The position numbers and the translations under genes are program-made. The notes below the pieces were generated by a model. The model had not been told where the DNA came from and made no database searches. It saw only the letters and a program-made list of their open reading frames with translations. A stretch of DNA of 64,000 nucleotides from an uncultured Acidimicrobiia bacterium (GTDB lineage: Bacteria; Acidobacteriota; Terriglobia; Versatilivoradales; Versatilivoraceae): the NCBI GenBank assembly GCA_963786955.1, contig CAWBAT010000004.1, positions 832,001 to 896,000 on the forward strand, written 5' to 3'. This document shows, one piece after another, positions 21,380 to 32,302 of the stretch (its first letter is position 1; each line of letters begins with the position of its first letter).

Positions 21380-22585
21380 TTATTTCTCTGATGACCGCAT
21401 CGGGAGCAAGCGAGCAACAACCCGGAATCCGAGGTAGGGGGTGCTGACTTCCGGCGGGAAAGTTTCACGGTAAGGAATGTAGAGGACAGCGGTGCTCGCG
21501 GTGTACCAAGATCCTCCTCGGACCACTCGAGTCCCGGTTAGGTCGGAACGATTCCGGTCATCATCGGCATAAGGATGCTCTCGGTTATAAGGACGATTGA
21601 GGGTACTGGTCCATTCGGAAACATTTCCAGTCATGTGGTACAGTCCATAGCGGTTGGGAACAAATTTTTCCCGAGAGAGTTGGGATCCGATCACAGTGAC
21701 TTCTGCTGTCGGATTTTTCTTCCAGTTATATTGGCTCACTTCCTGGTCGCTGACACTGGCACCTAAGGCATAATCAAAATTGTCCGGGCCCCTGGCTGCC
21801 TTCTCCCACTCGGCCTCACTCGGAAGTGAAAATATCCAGATTCCTTTTCCGTACTTCTTGCTCAGCCAGCGGCAATACGAATCCGTCTCAAACCAATTGA
21901 CGAGTACGACGGGTTGGTCAGCCTGACCAAATCGAGCGTAATCTCCATCCATGGGCTTTAGAAGCGCCGTCGCCCGACAGCCATTACCGGCTTTCCAATG
22001 CCTGCCTTCTTCTGTCCAGTTCTGGTCATTGCGATATCCGTCAGGATCATCTAGATACGCTTTGAATTCCGAATTGGATACTTCAAACAGAGACACATAG
22101 AATCCGGGCAACCAGACAAAGTGCGGCTCACGCGGATTCAGCCGGTCTCCAAACAAGACGTGCCCTGGCGGAATAAAGGCAAAGTCGGAGGCCGCAGCGG
22201 ATGGTCTTGGTGGCTGTTCGAGCGGCAAGGAACGAATGGTGAGCGTAAAAAGTCCATCCTGATCAGGTCCACTCCGATACCCGGCGATCGGTACAGGATA
22301 AAGAGCTGTCCCGTTTGGAAATTGTGCCTTAAGAAAATAATTTCCTTGCCGCAGCCAGGCACTTTCTCCATCGAAGCCGCTAACCGGTTTGGCTCCTTCC
22401 AGGTTTTTTCCCGCTTGTAATAACTCGACAGGAGCGTGAGCGAGATTGGAAACGATCAGCTTCGTCTCATTCTTTTGAAAATGCAATTGCTCTTCACGCT
22501 CACTGGCAACATAGCGCCATGCAAAATATCCACTGGCACCGAGCACAACAACGACCGGAAAAACGATAATCCAAAGTTTCTTCAT
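21380..22585 (-). CDS. Membrane-anchored FGE-sulfatase (SUMF1/NirV-like) domain protein
   Basis: N-terminal TM; FEVSN..F, PVV.VNW, LPSEAEWEKAARG, GLYHMTGNVSEW, RGGSW, GFRV. Confidence 0.85.
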   Translation of the reverse strand: MKKLWIIVFPVVVVLGASGYFAWRYVASEREEQLHFQKNETKLIVSNLAHAPVELLQAGKNLEGAKPVSGFDGESAWLRQGNYFLKAQFPNGTALYPVPIAGYRSGPDQDGLFTLTIRSLPLEQPPRPSAAASDFAFIPPGHVLFGDRLNPREPHFVWLPGFYVSLFEVSNSEFKAYLDDPDGYRNDQNWTEEGRHWKAGNGCRATALLKPMDGDYARFGQADQPVVLVNWFETDSYCRWLSKKYGKGIWIFSLPSEAEWEKAARGPDNFDYALGASVSDQEVSQYNWKKNPTAEVTVIGSQLSREKFVPNRYGLYHMTGNVSEWTSTLNRPYNREHPYADDDRNRSDLTGTRVVRGGSWYTASTAVLYIPYRETFPPEVSTPYLGFRVVARLLPMRSSEK

Positions 22586-22596
22586 TTTTCTAATAA

Positions 22597-22641
22597 GTAG
22601 GGGCGAAGCATCCGTCAGCTTGATGGATGCTTCGCCCCGAC
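22597..22641. repeat. GTAG-type REP palindrome; second copy at 39556-39625
   Basis: GTAGGGGCGAAGCAT...ATGCTTCGCCC at both sites. Confidence 0.75.
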
Positions 22642-22670
22642 AAAGTCACATGATTGATAATCGCCAATCG

Positions 22671-23503
22671 TTAGATGTCCTGCTCATTCATCGATCGGCT
22701 CGAAAGGTAGATCGGGAATATAACCCAGCACACAAGCCCGAGGACCAAGGCCAATAGGCTCGCCGTGTCTCCGCCCAGGAATTTTACTAGCGCCTGCGCC
22801 GGCTGGGCCAAAAATCGGCTTGCCATTGAGCACAATGAGACTGGCCACCCTCACCATATCTACCGGATTTCCCGCCAGCGAAAAAAAGATAAAGCGGTTG
22901 GCTATTCTTTCCTGAAGCAAAAACGTACCGCCAATGACCAGCAAGTCGTAGAAAAGCACAAAAAAGAACCAGAGAAAGAGCGTGATTCCAAACGCCTTTG
23001 CTTTCCTCTGGCTCCAGGCAGCCACCAAGGCTGACAAAGCCAGGAAAATCAATCCGAGGAGCATCGAAAGAAATTACGAGCAGGGGGTAACGCAGCACTC
23101 CTTCGGGTCCAGCCTTGACAGCGATGATCAGGCCACCGAGCCCAAAACCAATCAGGGTGGAGGTCAATAACGATGCAAAAAGTCCCGCCAGCTTCCCGAT
23201 GAGAATTTCCATTCGAGTGACCGGCTGGGCATACAATAAATCACCGGAGTTTTTTTCACTCGTGAAGCTCATGGTTCCCATCACAAGAGCGACCAAAGGA
23301 ACGATGTAGAGAACAAGATTCAATAAGCTGGCAGATGTCCTGAGAAAACCCTGGAACCCAACTGTACCGGCCGTGACGAGACCAAAATAAGCAATCGCCA
23401 CAACTAGCACCGCAAATGCCAAGGCAAAGATCAGTGTCCAACGATTGCGAATGTTTATCTTCAATTCAAGTCGTGCGATGTTGAAGATCGCATTAAAATC
23501 CAT
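22671..23503 (-). CDS. nosY: NosY ABC transporter permease (two frameshifts)
   Basis: IARLELKINIRNRW, SLLNLVLYIVPL, QPVTR.EILIGK, NPVDMVR; position in nosDFLY. Confidence 0.88.
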
Positions 23504-23518
23504 TCAGAACTCCACTTT

Positions 23519-23594
23519 AAGGTCTAAGGTCAAAGGTCCAAGGTCCAAAGTAAAAGTTGAATGTCCAAGGTCCAAAGTCTAAGGTCCAAAGACT
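23519..23594. repeat. Degenerate heptamer tandem repeat (AAGGTCC)n, about 10-11 units
   Basis: aaggtct aaggtca aaggtcc aaggtcc aaagtaa ... aaggtcc aaagtct aaggtcc aaagact. Confidence 0.8.
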
Positions 23595-24025
23595 TCGGCA
23601 AACGTCATGACTGTTCCTTGAGTATCATGAGCCAGTTGTTCTGCTCGTGTTCTCTCCCGGAGTGCTACAATCCCGCCGCTCATAGGCGTTTTAAATTGAC
23701 TGGACCGTACAAAACTGGCCAGCTGCGCGGGTAACCAGCGCTTTGTCTCATAATCAACCGCAAAATAATACTGTGGAACATTTTGGCCAAGTTTCTTGGT
23801 GTGGAGGAATTCCTTCATGCACCCCAAATCGTCAAATTTGTACGCCTCGCCTTCTTTATCGATGAACTCGGCGGCATAACGTTTTTCAGAGATCGCCATT
23901 TTGCAGTAACTGCACATATCAGAAGCTTCAATTTCAACGGGATCAACCGCCTTCTGAAAGCAGGCTGCTAGGAATATTGCAATGACCGGAGCTATCCAGA
24001 GCGCAACCACCTTTTGCGGATTCAC
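23579..24025 (-). CDS. nosL: NosL copper-chaperone lipoprotein
   Basis: LAAC lipobox, CSYCKM, FDDLGCM, TPMSGG. Confidence 0.93.
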   Translation of the reverse strand: MNPQKVVALWIAPVIAIFLAACFQKAVDPVEIEASDMCSYCKMAISEKRYAAEFIDKEGEAYKFDDLGCMKEFLHTKKLGQNVPQYYFAVDYETKRWLPAQLASFVRSSQFKTPMSGGIVALRERTRAEQLAHDTQGTVMTFAEVFGP

Positions 24026-24027
24026 AT

Positions 24028-24939
24028 TCAGACCTTTTTCCGGACATAACTAAGATAGATATCTTCCAATGACAACTCTTCAGTCATAAATCGGGCCACT
24101 TGTGCTCCGGCAAATTCCATGGCCTTTAAAATGCCGAATCGGATTCCCGGGTCGGAAGTGATCAAGAGCGAATCTCCATCCCAGTTGGAGGTTTCTGCCC
24201 CTGCTTGCCGGGCCGTCTCGGCCCAGCGAGGATCCGGATTGCTCAGAACAACTCTCATCTTGCAGGTGTGCATCAGGTCTTCTCGCAATCCCGAGATGGT
24301 TTCCAGTGCAATCAGTTTTCCCCCAATCAGAATGGCGACACGATCGGCAAGCTGCTCCACGTCGGCAAGGACATGCGACGAAAACAAGATGGTTTTCCCC
24401 TCTCGCTTGAGATTGCCAAGAAATTCTCTGAATTGAATGGCTCCTTCTGGATCGAGGTTGACGGTGGGCTCGTCTAGAATGAGGACCGGCGTATCGGGAA
24501 GGCAGGCCACAGCCAGGCCTAATCGTTGGATCATTCCTCCCGAAAACTCACTGACCAATCGGTCGCTGAACCCATTGAAATGGAAGCGTGGGCTCGCGAC
24601 CAGTTGGTCGATTCGGGAGGGATTCACTTTTCTCAGCCGGCCATAGAACTGTAAGATTTCCCGTGCCGTCAGATTCTCATCAAAACTAACCCTTTGCGGT
24701 AAATAGCTAAGCCACCTGCGAGATTCCCGCGGCTGCCGAACCACATCAAAACCTTTGATCGTCATTTCCCCACCGGCGGGACGCGCTAACCCGGCCAAGC
24801 ATTTGAGAGTGGTGCTTTTCCCGCTCCCGTTAGGACCGAGCAGAGCAAAGGTCTCCCCTGCTGCGACTTCAAAGGAAACGGCATCGACCGCCGTGAATTC
24901 TCCGTAGGATTTGGTCAGCCTGTCTACTCGAATCATCAT
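24028..24939 (-). CDS. nosF: NosF ABC ATPase
   Basis: GPNGSGKST, FSGGMIQR, LILDEP, SSH; follows nosD. Confidence 0.9.
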   Translation of the reverse strand: MMIRVDRLTKSYGEFTAVDAVSFEVAAGETFALLGPNGSGKSTTLKCLAGLARPAGGEMTIKGFDVVRQPRESRRWLSYLPQRVSFDENLTAREILQFYGRLRKVNPSRIDQLVASPRFHFNGFSDRLVSEFSGGMIQRLGLAVACLPDTPVLILDEPTVNLDPEGAIQFREFLGNLKREGKTILFSSHVLADVEQLADRVAILIGGKLIALETISGLREDLMHTCKMRVVLSNPDPRWAETARQAGAETSNWDGDSLLITSDPGIRFGILKAMEFAGAQVARFMTEELSLEDIYLSYVRKKV

Positions 24940-26354
24940 CGTCGGAGCCCCTTTCCAACGGCAACGACCCCGGTAAGCAGCATCGTCACGGACAGCACTG
25001 CCAATGGCAAATGGGCGGAACTCGAGGCTTGTTTCGTCTGTAAAGGGAGAGGGTATTCCATTGCCCGCATCAGGGGAGCTGAATCAATTTCCGCGGAACC
25101 CGTGATCACTGGAAAAGTCTTTTCAGCCATCGCCAGTGCTTGCGCGACGGGGCTATTTAAGTACAGTCGTAAACGAGGATAGTTCCCTTCCAAATATTCA
25201 AATATATTTTGAATCTTGTGGGGAACATCCCCCACCCCGTCACCATCCAAGTCATACCCGTCGTAATCACTCCAGAAATTTCCTTTGCCACCCTCCTGCC
25301 AGAAAGAAGCGGTCTTCTTTCCGACGAGCCGGAGCGGACTGAGGTTTTCTACAAATTGATTTTCCGAGAAGAGATTCTCCTCAGAACTGCTGAAAATCTG
25401 CATGGCGACGTCATTCTCTGCGATGATATTCTTTCGAAAAGTTGTGTGGCGGACTGCCTCCAAGAAAAGGCCAGTTGCGTTATCAATAATAAAATTGCCT
25501 TCGGCCAGGTTATCTTCGCAACCTTGGAAAAGAATCCCGAAAGAACTGAATCCCCGATTATGCATGAAGGCATTTCTCCGGAATTGAATGCCTCGCGAGT
25601 ACATAATGGCAGCGCCCGCTACATTGTGGGAAAAAACGTTTTCCTCAAATTGGTTATCGTCGGAATTCATGTAATGCAGGCCGTAACGTAATTGTGAAAC
25701 ATGGTTCTGGCGCATCACATTATGGGAACTGTTCTGGATATACATCCCGTCCCGTGTTTCCGTGATGGAGTTCCCTTCAATGAAATTGTTGGCTGAATTC
25801 CACAGATGAATACCGGCGCCGCGTTCTCCCATCTCCAGCTCAGACCTCCCCTGGATTCGGTTATGCCGGATGCGGTTTCCCGAAGAGTGGTAGAGGTAAA
25901 TGCCAAAGAGAATGTCTCGCAGTTCGTTGTTCTCAACTTGATTTCCGTTGCTCTTGAGCAGAATCCCGGAATCCTCGTTCCGCAGGTCATCGCCGCTATG
26001 TTCAACAATGACTCCGCGGATGATACACTTGGGAGCTAGCACCTCGAGCACGCTGCCTTTCCCGGAACCGCGCAAGATGGGCTTTTCGAATCCCTCTAAC
26101 GTCACTGTTTTGTCCAGCTTGATTTTCCCCGTATAGACCCCTGGAAAGATCTGGATCGTATCCCCAGGGCTTGCTGCGTCCAATGCGGCCACAACAGATT
26201 GGAAAGGGAGACTCATGCCGACCTTCAGAATTTCGGCCTGCACAGCCGGAGCGCAACTAAGCACCAGCAGACTCCACAAGAGGACTCTCTGTTGAGTGAC
26301 CCGAAACCACGCTAGGGTGATCCATGGAAAGAGTCGCATTCTTTCGACCTTCAA
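24936..26354 (-). CDS. nosD: NosD periplasmic beta-helix maturation protein
   Basis: CASH repeats, RDGMYI, LRYGLHYM, GNFWSDY.GYDLDGDGVGD. Confidence 0.95.
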   Translation of the reverse strand: MKVERMRLFPWITLAWFRVTQQRVLLWSLLVLSCAPAVQAEILKVGMSLPFQSVVAALDAASPGDTIQIFPGVYTGKIKLDKTVTLEGFEKPILRGSGKGSVLEVLAPKCIIRGVIVEHSGDDLRNEDSGILLKSNGNQVENNELRDILFGIYLYHSSGNRIRHNRIQGRSELEMGERGAGIHLWNSANNFIEGNSITETRDGMYIQNSSHNVMRQNHVSQLRYGLHYMNSDDNQFEENVFSHNVAGAAIMYSRGIQFRRNAFMHNRGFSSFGILFQGCEDNLAEGNFIIDNATGLFLEAVRHTTFRKNIIAENDVAMQIFSSSEENLFSENQFVENLSPLRLVGKKTASFWQEGGKGNFWSDYDGYDLDGDGVGDVPHKIQNIFEYLEGNYPRLRLYLNSPVAQALAMAEKTFPVITGSAEIDSAPLMRAMEYPLPLQTKQASSSAHLPLAVLSVTMLLTGVVAVGKGLRR

Positions 26355-26403
26355 TTAGGGTGGATGCAAGCGGGACAGCGCTAAAAAGATCCAGCCACTC
26401 CTG

Positions 26404-27096
26404 TTAGTGTGGTTCCGGTTTTCTGGAGAGGAAAATAGCCAGCAGCAAGAGCAATGAAAAGCCAACCAGTAAAAAAGAACCTGGGGCCGGGAGGCTATAG
26501 ATTGTGAAATTGGCAATCTGCTTCATGCCGAATAGTGGGGGCGTAAACGGCGGAACTTTAATGGCTGCCGCAGGATCGAGATTGTGCCCGTAAGAGTATA
26601 GCCGGTGATAGAAGCTCCAAAAAGAGAATAAGCCAAAGTAGGAAAAAAGAACAAAAACGTCAACGAGACTTGCCATCTTACCAATCACCATCGCTCTTAA
26701 TGACAGGATGGCGAGGATGCCGAGCACGAAGGGAAGCCAGGTAAATTCACTAAAATCACTCTCCAGCAAAGGTCTCATCCCAATATAGTGGTTGAGCGAA
26801 TTAATTTCCCGCAAATCATCGCGATTGGGAGTTTTTCCCCCTTCCAACTGATATGGGTAGATTTGTAATGCCAATCCATCCAGATACTGATTGGAGGTAA
26901 AAGTCATCGTCCAGAGCGGAAATAGAAAATTGCCAACCAACAGGAATACCGCGATTAAGATCACGAAGCGGCTTTTGAGATTGAGCGGCAGATCAAAGAA
27001 TGCCATGGCCTGATCCAATGCGCTTTTTTTTTCAGGATTTGTTCCCTGTGAGGACGCTCTCTCTAGGGGGTCCAACGGTACCCTTTTGCCTTCCAT
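26404..27096 (-). CDS. nosB: NosB-type membrane protein of clade II nos clusters
   Basis: Directly downstream of nosZ; EINSLNHYIGM, YGHNLDP.AAIK, 4 TM. Confidence 0.88.
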   Translation of the reverse strand: MEGKRVPLDPLERASSQGTNPEKKSALDQAMAFFDLPLNLKSRFVILIAVFLLVGNFLFPLWTMTFTSNQYLDGLALQIYPYQLEGGKTPNRDDLREINSLNHYIGMRPLLESDFSEFTWLPFVLGILAILSLRAMVIGKMASLVDVFVLFSYFGLFSFWSFYHRLYSYGHNLDPAAAIKVPPFTPPLFGMKQIANFTIYSLPAPGSFLLVGFSLLLLLAIFLSRKPEPH

Positions 27097-27114
27097 AGGT
27101 TTCTCCTGAAGAAA

Positions 27115-27158
27115 GCTGAACGTCAGAGGCCGGCCAAAGCCTACCCCTGGCGTTCAGC
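27115..27158 (-). other. Stem-loop between nosZ and nosB
   Basis: GCTGAACGTCAG...CTGGCGTTCAGC inverted repeat; possible transcript stabiliser or attenuator. Confidence 0.5.
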
Positions 27159-27177
27159 ACATATCGCGCGAATTTTC

Positions 27178-29035
27178 TTATTTCGGCTTAACTAACATAT
27201 ATCCTTGCATTTCCTGGTGTAAGGCTGAGCAGAAGTTTGTGCAATAGTATGGGAAGACTCCCGGTTTATTGGCCACGAACTCAATCGTCTTCGTTTCTCC
27301 AGGGTCGACCACTACATTGATATTGTAATCGTTTAAGCCAAACCCATGGAGTTCGTCCGTGGTCTGCTCGATGTTAGTGAGGTAAATGGTCACCTTGTCG
27401 CCCTGGTTCACTTCAAGCTTGTTGGGCTCAAAGCTGCTGCGCACCGCAACCATCTTCACTTTCACATCCGAACCGTTTCGTGCGACGTGAGGCATCTTTC
27501 ACATCCCAAATGGCGTTGGCGTTCTTGTTCTCATCTTTCGGGTAAACCTCAATAGGCTTCAGCTTGTCCGTCTTGATAATCTGGGCATAGTGTGGTTCCG
27601 GTTCGGTAAAGGCATCGTAAAGCAGTTTCATCTTCTCCCCGTTGATATCGATCAATTGAGACGACTCCGGCTGGGAAGGTCCAACATTCAAATGCCGGCC
27701 ATGGGAAAGTTTGTTGAGAGCCACAAGGTATTTCCCGGCGGGGTGAGCCGTATCCCCTTCGGCCGCGGCTAAGTGACCGATGTTATAAGTAACGGGAATT
27801 TTGTCGAGGACTTCCCAAGTTCCCAATTTCCATTTAGCAATGGCGCTTTCCACAAACAGACTCGTATAAGCATTGCCCTGGTCATCAAACTGGGTATGCA
27901 ATGGGCCCAGTCCGACGTTGACCTCGGCATCCTTGATTTTGTCGTAGTTGAGCACCGGGATGCCATCCTCATCACCCGTGAAATCTTTGTTTTGGATCGC
28001 CGTTTGAACCTTCTCGATATTAAATACCGTGGTGATGGACTGGAGTTTTCCACTAGCGATAATGTACTTTCCGTCCGGGCTGACATCCACGCCATGCGGG
28101 CTCTTAGCGCAGGGGAAAAGATACACCACTCCCGGCGCATCTTTCGGGTCAATGACCTTCACTCCGCCGATCATCTTGAACTTATTCTCTTTGATGGCCT
28201 TCTCGGCTTCATGCCAGTTCACTGCCACAACATAGTCGCGATCCTTCTGGGTCGAGGTGACTTCCAATTTTCCCGTCGCCCGCTCAGAGTTATAACAGGT
28301 CCAAAACCCCCAACCATTACTGGCCCCTTTTCCAGCATCGCCCAGGTCATAGTTGAATGGCGGCATCAGGACTTCCCATCCCAGGCTCATCTGTCCGGTC
28401 TTCGGATCGATGGCGATTCCAGCCACTACCCCTTTGTAAGTAGTGGCATATTGCTCGATGGGTGCATAGGTACCCCGAGGAAGCGGAATCGAAAAACGCG
28501 AACCCGCCAAAACGTACTCGGTATTCGGGGTTACAAACGAAGAGCAGTGATTTCCGGAAACATTCGGGATAGGTCCAAAAATCTGCTTCGTTTTAAAATC
28601 TCGCAGATCAATGCGCGCCATGCGGTTATTCGCATTATCACTGATGAACAACCAGCGGCCGTCATAATCTCCATTGGTTTCACTGATTGAAGGATGGTGT
28701 GCATCCCCCCAAGTGTATCCTCCCAACATCTCTTTCGAATCTTTATCAAACCCATAACCTGTAGCCGGATAGGGAGTGAATACCGGAATCGTGCTAATGT
28801 GCCGCATCGAAGGGATGCCCGCCACATAGACGTTTCCAGAATGTCCTCCGGAATAAAACAAATAATACTCATCCAAATCACCCGGCGCGACATAAGTTGC
28901 AATGGCCGCCTCTGCTGTCCCCCCCCGCTGAACTTGTGTCACTTTCTTACCGCAGTTCATGAGAGTAAACGCTAAAAACAGGAGGGCCCCGCCCCCCACC
29001 CACAGCCAGTTCCATTGAATTCTTTTTTGTCTCAT
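27178..29035 (-). CDS. nosZ: Clade II nitrous oxide reductase (non-Tat leader; frameshift near 27490)
   Basis: CuZ motifs DAHH, GNH, SPHG, GPLH, EPH; CuA CTNFCSALHQEM; FYSGGHSG; hydrophobic leader ending LMNC. Confidence 0.96.
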
Positions 29036-29136
29036 ACCTTCTCCTTTCTCCTCAAATAATGGCCATATGAGCGCGGAAACACGGTTTCAATGAAGATGTC
29101 GCTTAGGATTACAAAGATGGGTATGTCTTCCGTATC

Positions 29137-30327
29137 TCAATGCTTTTGTGGCTGCAACTCTTTTTGTGCCAACTTCTTTTGATAAGCCGATTTCAGCTTT
29201 TCAACCGCTTCCCGCTTTTCCGCGTCCGTCAGCTGAATTTGCGTGGCCAGCACAACACTCATTGTTCCCGTGGGGTTTGCTAGAAAATCTTCCAATGTTC
29301 TTCCAAATCGGCGCTGGACATCGGCCACGGCATCAGACAGATCCGGACCGATCTTGGCAGCGGATTCAATGCCCAGCGTGCTGACTGAATGACAAACGAA
29401 GCAGCGGTGGGTCACAAAGAATGCTCCTTCGCCACTCATCATCTGCTTTTCTTTTTCCAACTCTTCGGCAGTGGGACGATCTACAGGTTGGGCTCCCGGA
29501 AGATATCGGGTGGGCACGGTCTTATCCTTCCAGCTGAGGATCAAGAGGGCCAAGGCCTGAGCATCCGAACTCGTGAATCCGAAATTGGGCATGACCGTCT
29601 CAGGGACAAGCGCTTTAGGGTTCTGAAGGTGTGCGACGTGCCAGGCAAAGGCCGACTTCACTCCGTACATGTGCGAATAGTCATATTGTTCAGGGGACTT
29701 GGCACCGACATTGGTCAAATCCGGTCCAATGACCCCTCCTCTGCCGTTGATGGCGTGGCAGGCCCGGCAACTTTTTTCACTGACTATTTGCTTAGCCCGA
29801 TTTAAGGCATCGGCTCCTTTGGTCTCACGATCATAGCGGTGACATTGATTACAATTCATCTGGAGCAAGATTTTCTTGTCTTTCACCGTGTAGCGCTCTG
29901 CAATGTCCTTACCCAGGACTGGTTCTTCCCAATGTTCCACCAGGCCATGAGCCGGCTTCCTATCGGTCGAATAACCCTGACCCCCATGACAAGATGTACA
30001 GCCGTATTCCTGAACGGGATGTTTTTGCAGAATCTCGCGCGGGTGAGTTCTGAAAGGGTGCGGCGCATTTTCCAGTCCCTTCCAGTCGATACCTTGATGG
30101 CAGGTAATACAGCGATCCACAATTCCCAGGTCTTTGGCCCAGATTTGCTGAAGCCCGCTGGGAATGAAGGCCGCTTTCTGCTGGCCAAACTTTTGGCTCA
30201 CCAGAGTCTTAAACTCATCTTGATAGTCTTTCCACTCCGGTTGGAAGTATCCCCAGCCAACAAAAACCATCACCAGCAGCGTGGCAGCTCCAAATGAGTA
30301 AAGCCAGATAAGGTCTTTTCGGTACAC
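29137..30327 (-). CDS. Membrane-anchored pentaheme cytochrome c
   Basis: GGAG RBS plus GTG at 30327; TM helix; CITCH, CTSCH, CNQCH, CRACH, CFVCH. Confidence 0.88.
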   Translation of the reverse strand: MYRKDLIWLYSFGAATLLVMVFVGWGYFQPEWKDYQDEFKTLVSQKFGQQKAAFIPSGLQQIWAKDLGIVDRCITCHQGIDWKGLENAPHPFRTHPREILQKHPVQEYGCTSCHGGQGYSTDRKPAHGLVEHWEEPVLGKDIAERYTVKDKKILLQMNCNQCHRYDRETKGADALNRAKQIVSEKSCRACHAINGRGGVIGPDLTNVGAKSPEQYDYSHMYGVKSAFAWHVAHLQNPKALVPETVMPNFGFTSSDAQALALLILSWKDKTVPTRYLPGAQPVDRPTAEELEKEKQMMSGEGAFFVTHRCFVCHSVSTLGIESAAKIGPDLSDAVADVQRRFGRTLEDFLANPTGTMSVVLATQIQLTDAEKREAVEKLKSAYQKKLAQKELQPQKH

Positions 30328-30359
30328 GACTGCTCCCTGATCGGTGAAATGGACAAAGG

Positions 30360-31676
30360 CTAGAACGTTCGTGGTATTTCCGGCCAGGCCTGCCAAGGCC
30401 AATAGAAATCCCAGTAAGGTCCTCGCATGAATGTCCCAACGATAGTCAAAATAGCAACACACAGCACAACAATCAGAAAAACAATAATCTGTCTCTTCCG
30501 TTCAGCGGCGAACCAGACTCCTACTGCAGAAGCTGGAGACTTGTCAAAGTACGGCCACAGAATCAATCCTAAGACGAGAATACCGGGTAACAGGACTCCT
30601 CCCAGGAGCGCTCCATTGACGGTAAAATGGCCGATTCTAAACGTGGTATCACTGACCAACTCCTGCAGCCAGAGGAAATACCAGGGAGCTTTTGCCGGAT
30701 TTGGAGTGATACTGGGGGTGGCTGGCTCCTCGAGCGGAGCTCGAAGTAGAAGTGTCAATAGAGACGTCAGAAGGAGCGTGCCGACCATGACAGCGGCAAT
30801 CCGACGGGTTACGTTGGGAGAGGATTGAACTGTGTGTAAATCCTCATCGATCAGGCTTGTTTCCACGTGAACCGTGGCACCCCGAGTAATTCCCAGCAAC
30901 GAATAGGTCTTGCTCTTGATCGGGATTGCTTTCTCTTTTTTCTGAGTCAGTGCCAGTTGGTCCGCGCAAGCCAGCCCGCCGTCTTTCCTCACTCTCCACA
31001 TGTGATACGAAAAGAGGAGCAGAACAATTAGAGGCAGAAAGAAACAGTGCAAGACGTAGAACCTCAATAGCGTGTTTTGGTCGATGGTGGACCCACCCAG
31101 CAACAGGAAACGCATCCACTCCCCGACGATGGGCGCAGAGCTGGCGATATTCGTCCCCACGGTGATGGCCCAATACGCCAGCTGATCCCAAGGTAGTAAA
31201 TAACCGGTAAACGAGAGGAAAAGTGTGACCAAGAGCAACACCACCCCGATCACCCAGTTTAAGGGCCGGTTTTGATTGGCTGCGGCTCCGTTCTTGTAGG
31301 CACCCGCCAAAAAAACCCTGACCATATGGAGAAACACAACAGCAACCATCAAATGGGCTGAGATTCGATGCAGGCCGCGCAGGAACCATCCAAACGAAAC
31401 CACGAACTCCAGATCCTTAACGGAAAGATAGGCGCGCTCAACCGAAGGAACATAGAGGAACATCAGAACAGTTCCCGTTAGCGTGAGAATCAAGAAAAGA
31501 ACGGCGGAGATAGTTCCTAGCCAAAACGAATAGCTCCAGGAAAGGCTTCGTTTGGTAATTTTTGCCGGAAACCAGTGGAGTAGAAAATTACGGACAATGG
31601 AATCACCGGCTTCCCGCTCACTCGAAGGTTGCCAGCTCCACTTGATTTTTTGCCAGGCAGTTTGTTTCGTTGGCAT
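30360..31676 (-). CDS. Cytochrome b of a Rieske/cyt b complex (fused b6 + subunit IV type)
   Basis: Four heme His (LHRISAH..FLH; VLH...YH), [15 protein letters not shown], Qo-like KAPWYF. Confidence 0.93.
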   Translation of the reverse strand: MPTKQTAWQKIKWSWQPSSEREAGDSIVRNFLLHWFPAKITKRSLSWSYSFWLGTISAVLFLILTLTGTVLMFLYVPSVERAYLSVKDLEFVVSFGWFLRGLHRISAHLMVAVVFLHMVRVFLAGAYKNGAAANQNRPLNWVIGVVLLLVTLFLSFTGYLLPWDQLAYWAITVGTNIASSAPIVGEWMRFLLLGGSTIDQNTLLRFYVLHCFFLPLIVLLLFSYHMWRVRKDGGLACADQLALTQKKEKAIPIKSKTYSLLGITRGATVHVETSLIDEDLHTVQSSPNVTRRIAAVMVGTLLLTSLLTLLLRAPLEEPATPSITPNPAKAPWYFLWLQELVSDTTFRIGHFTVNGALLGGVLLPGILVLGLILWPYFDKSPASAVGVWFAAERKRQIIVFLIVVLCVAILTIVGTFMRGPYWDFYWPWQAWPEIPRTF

Positions 31677-31723
31677 TGCTGCGATTCTCCTGTCGAGGTC
31701 CCGCCTGCCGGGAGATTCTTTTC

Positions 31724-32302
31724 TTAGACGGTCAGCCGGAAAGTACGCGGCACTTCAGTCGTGAGGTCGACGACCAATTGTCCGTCATCTGGTGATAGCT
31801 CAAGTTTGTGATACGCCAGTGGCCGAGGGGCCGGGCCGGAATAGTTGGTCCCGTCTCCAAAGTATTTAGAGCCGTGGCACGGACAGTGAAATTCTGCCTG
31901 CTCTTCAAACTCACGCCCCCCGAAGCTGACCTTCTTGGGCTTATTTAAACGTTCCATCTTAACGGTGCATCCCAAGTGCGTGCAGACAGCCGAAATGGCA
32001 TAAAAGGTATTTCGCTCCCGAAAGATGTAGACCCTTTTCTCTTCCAAAAAACGGGCCCCTTCTCCAAACTGCGCGGGGAGGCCAACCTTAGAGCGTTTTG
32101 GCTCCTCGTAAAGGACATTGGGAACCAGAGAGCGCATGAACGCATACGCCTGGGCAGCCAAAGCCAGCAAGAGGGAACCGAGTCCCAATCGACTCAAGAA
32201 GGAGCGGCGTGCATTCTCTTTTTTCCCCTCGGGATGAACGGGAGGATTGATGGTGACTTCCGGCTGAGGATTTGGATCAGGCATAGGATTCTTGCTCCTC
32301 AT
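31724..32302 (-). CDS. Rieske [2Fe-2S] protein
   Basis: RRSFLS Tat motif plus TM; CTHLGC and CPCHGSKY boxes; GPAPRPL. Confidence 0.95.
   Translation of the reverse strand: MRSKNPMPDPNPQPEVTINPPVHPEGKKENARRSFLSRLGLGSLLLALAAQAYAFMRSLVPNVLYEEPKRSKVGLPAQFGEGARFLEEKRVYIFRERNTFYAISAVCTHLGCTVKMERLNKPKKVSFGGREFEEQAEFHCPCHGSKYFGDGTNYSGPAPRPLAYHKLELSPDDGQLVVDLTTEVPRTFRLTV

Noticed and set aside
23519-23594. CRISPR array
   Set aside because: 7-bp tandem units without spacers; no cas genes or spaced 25-40 bp repeats seen in the window
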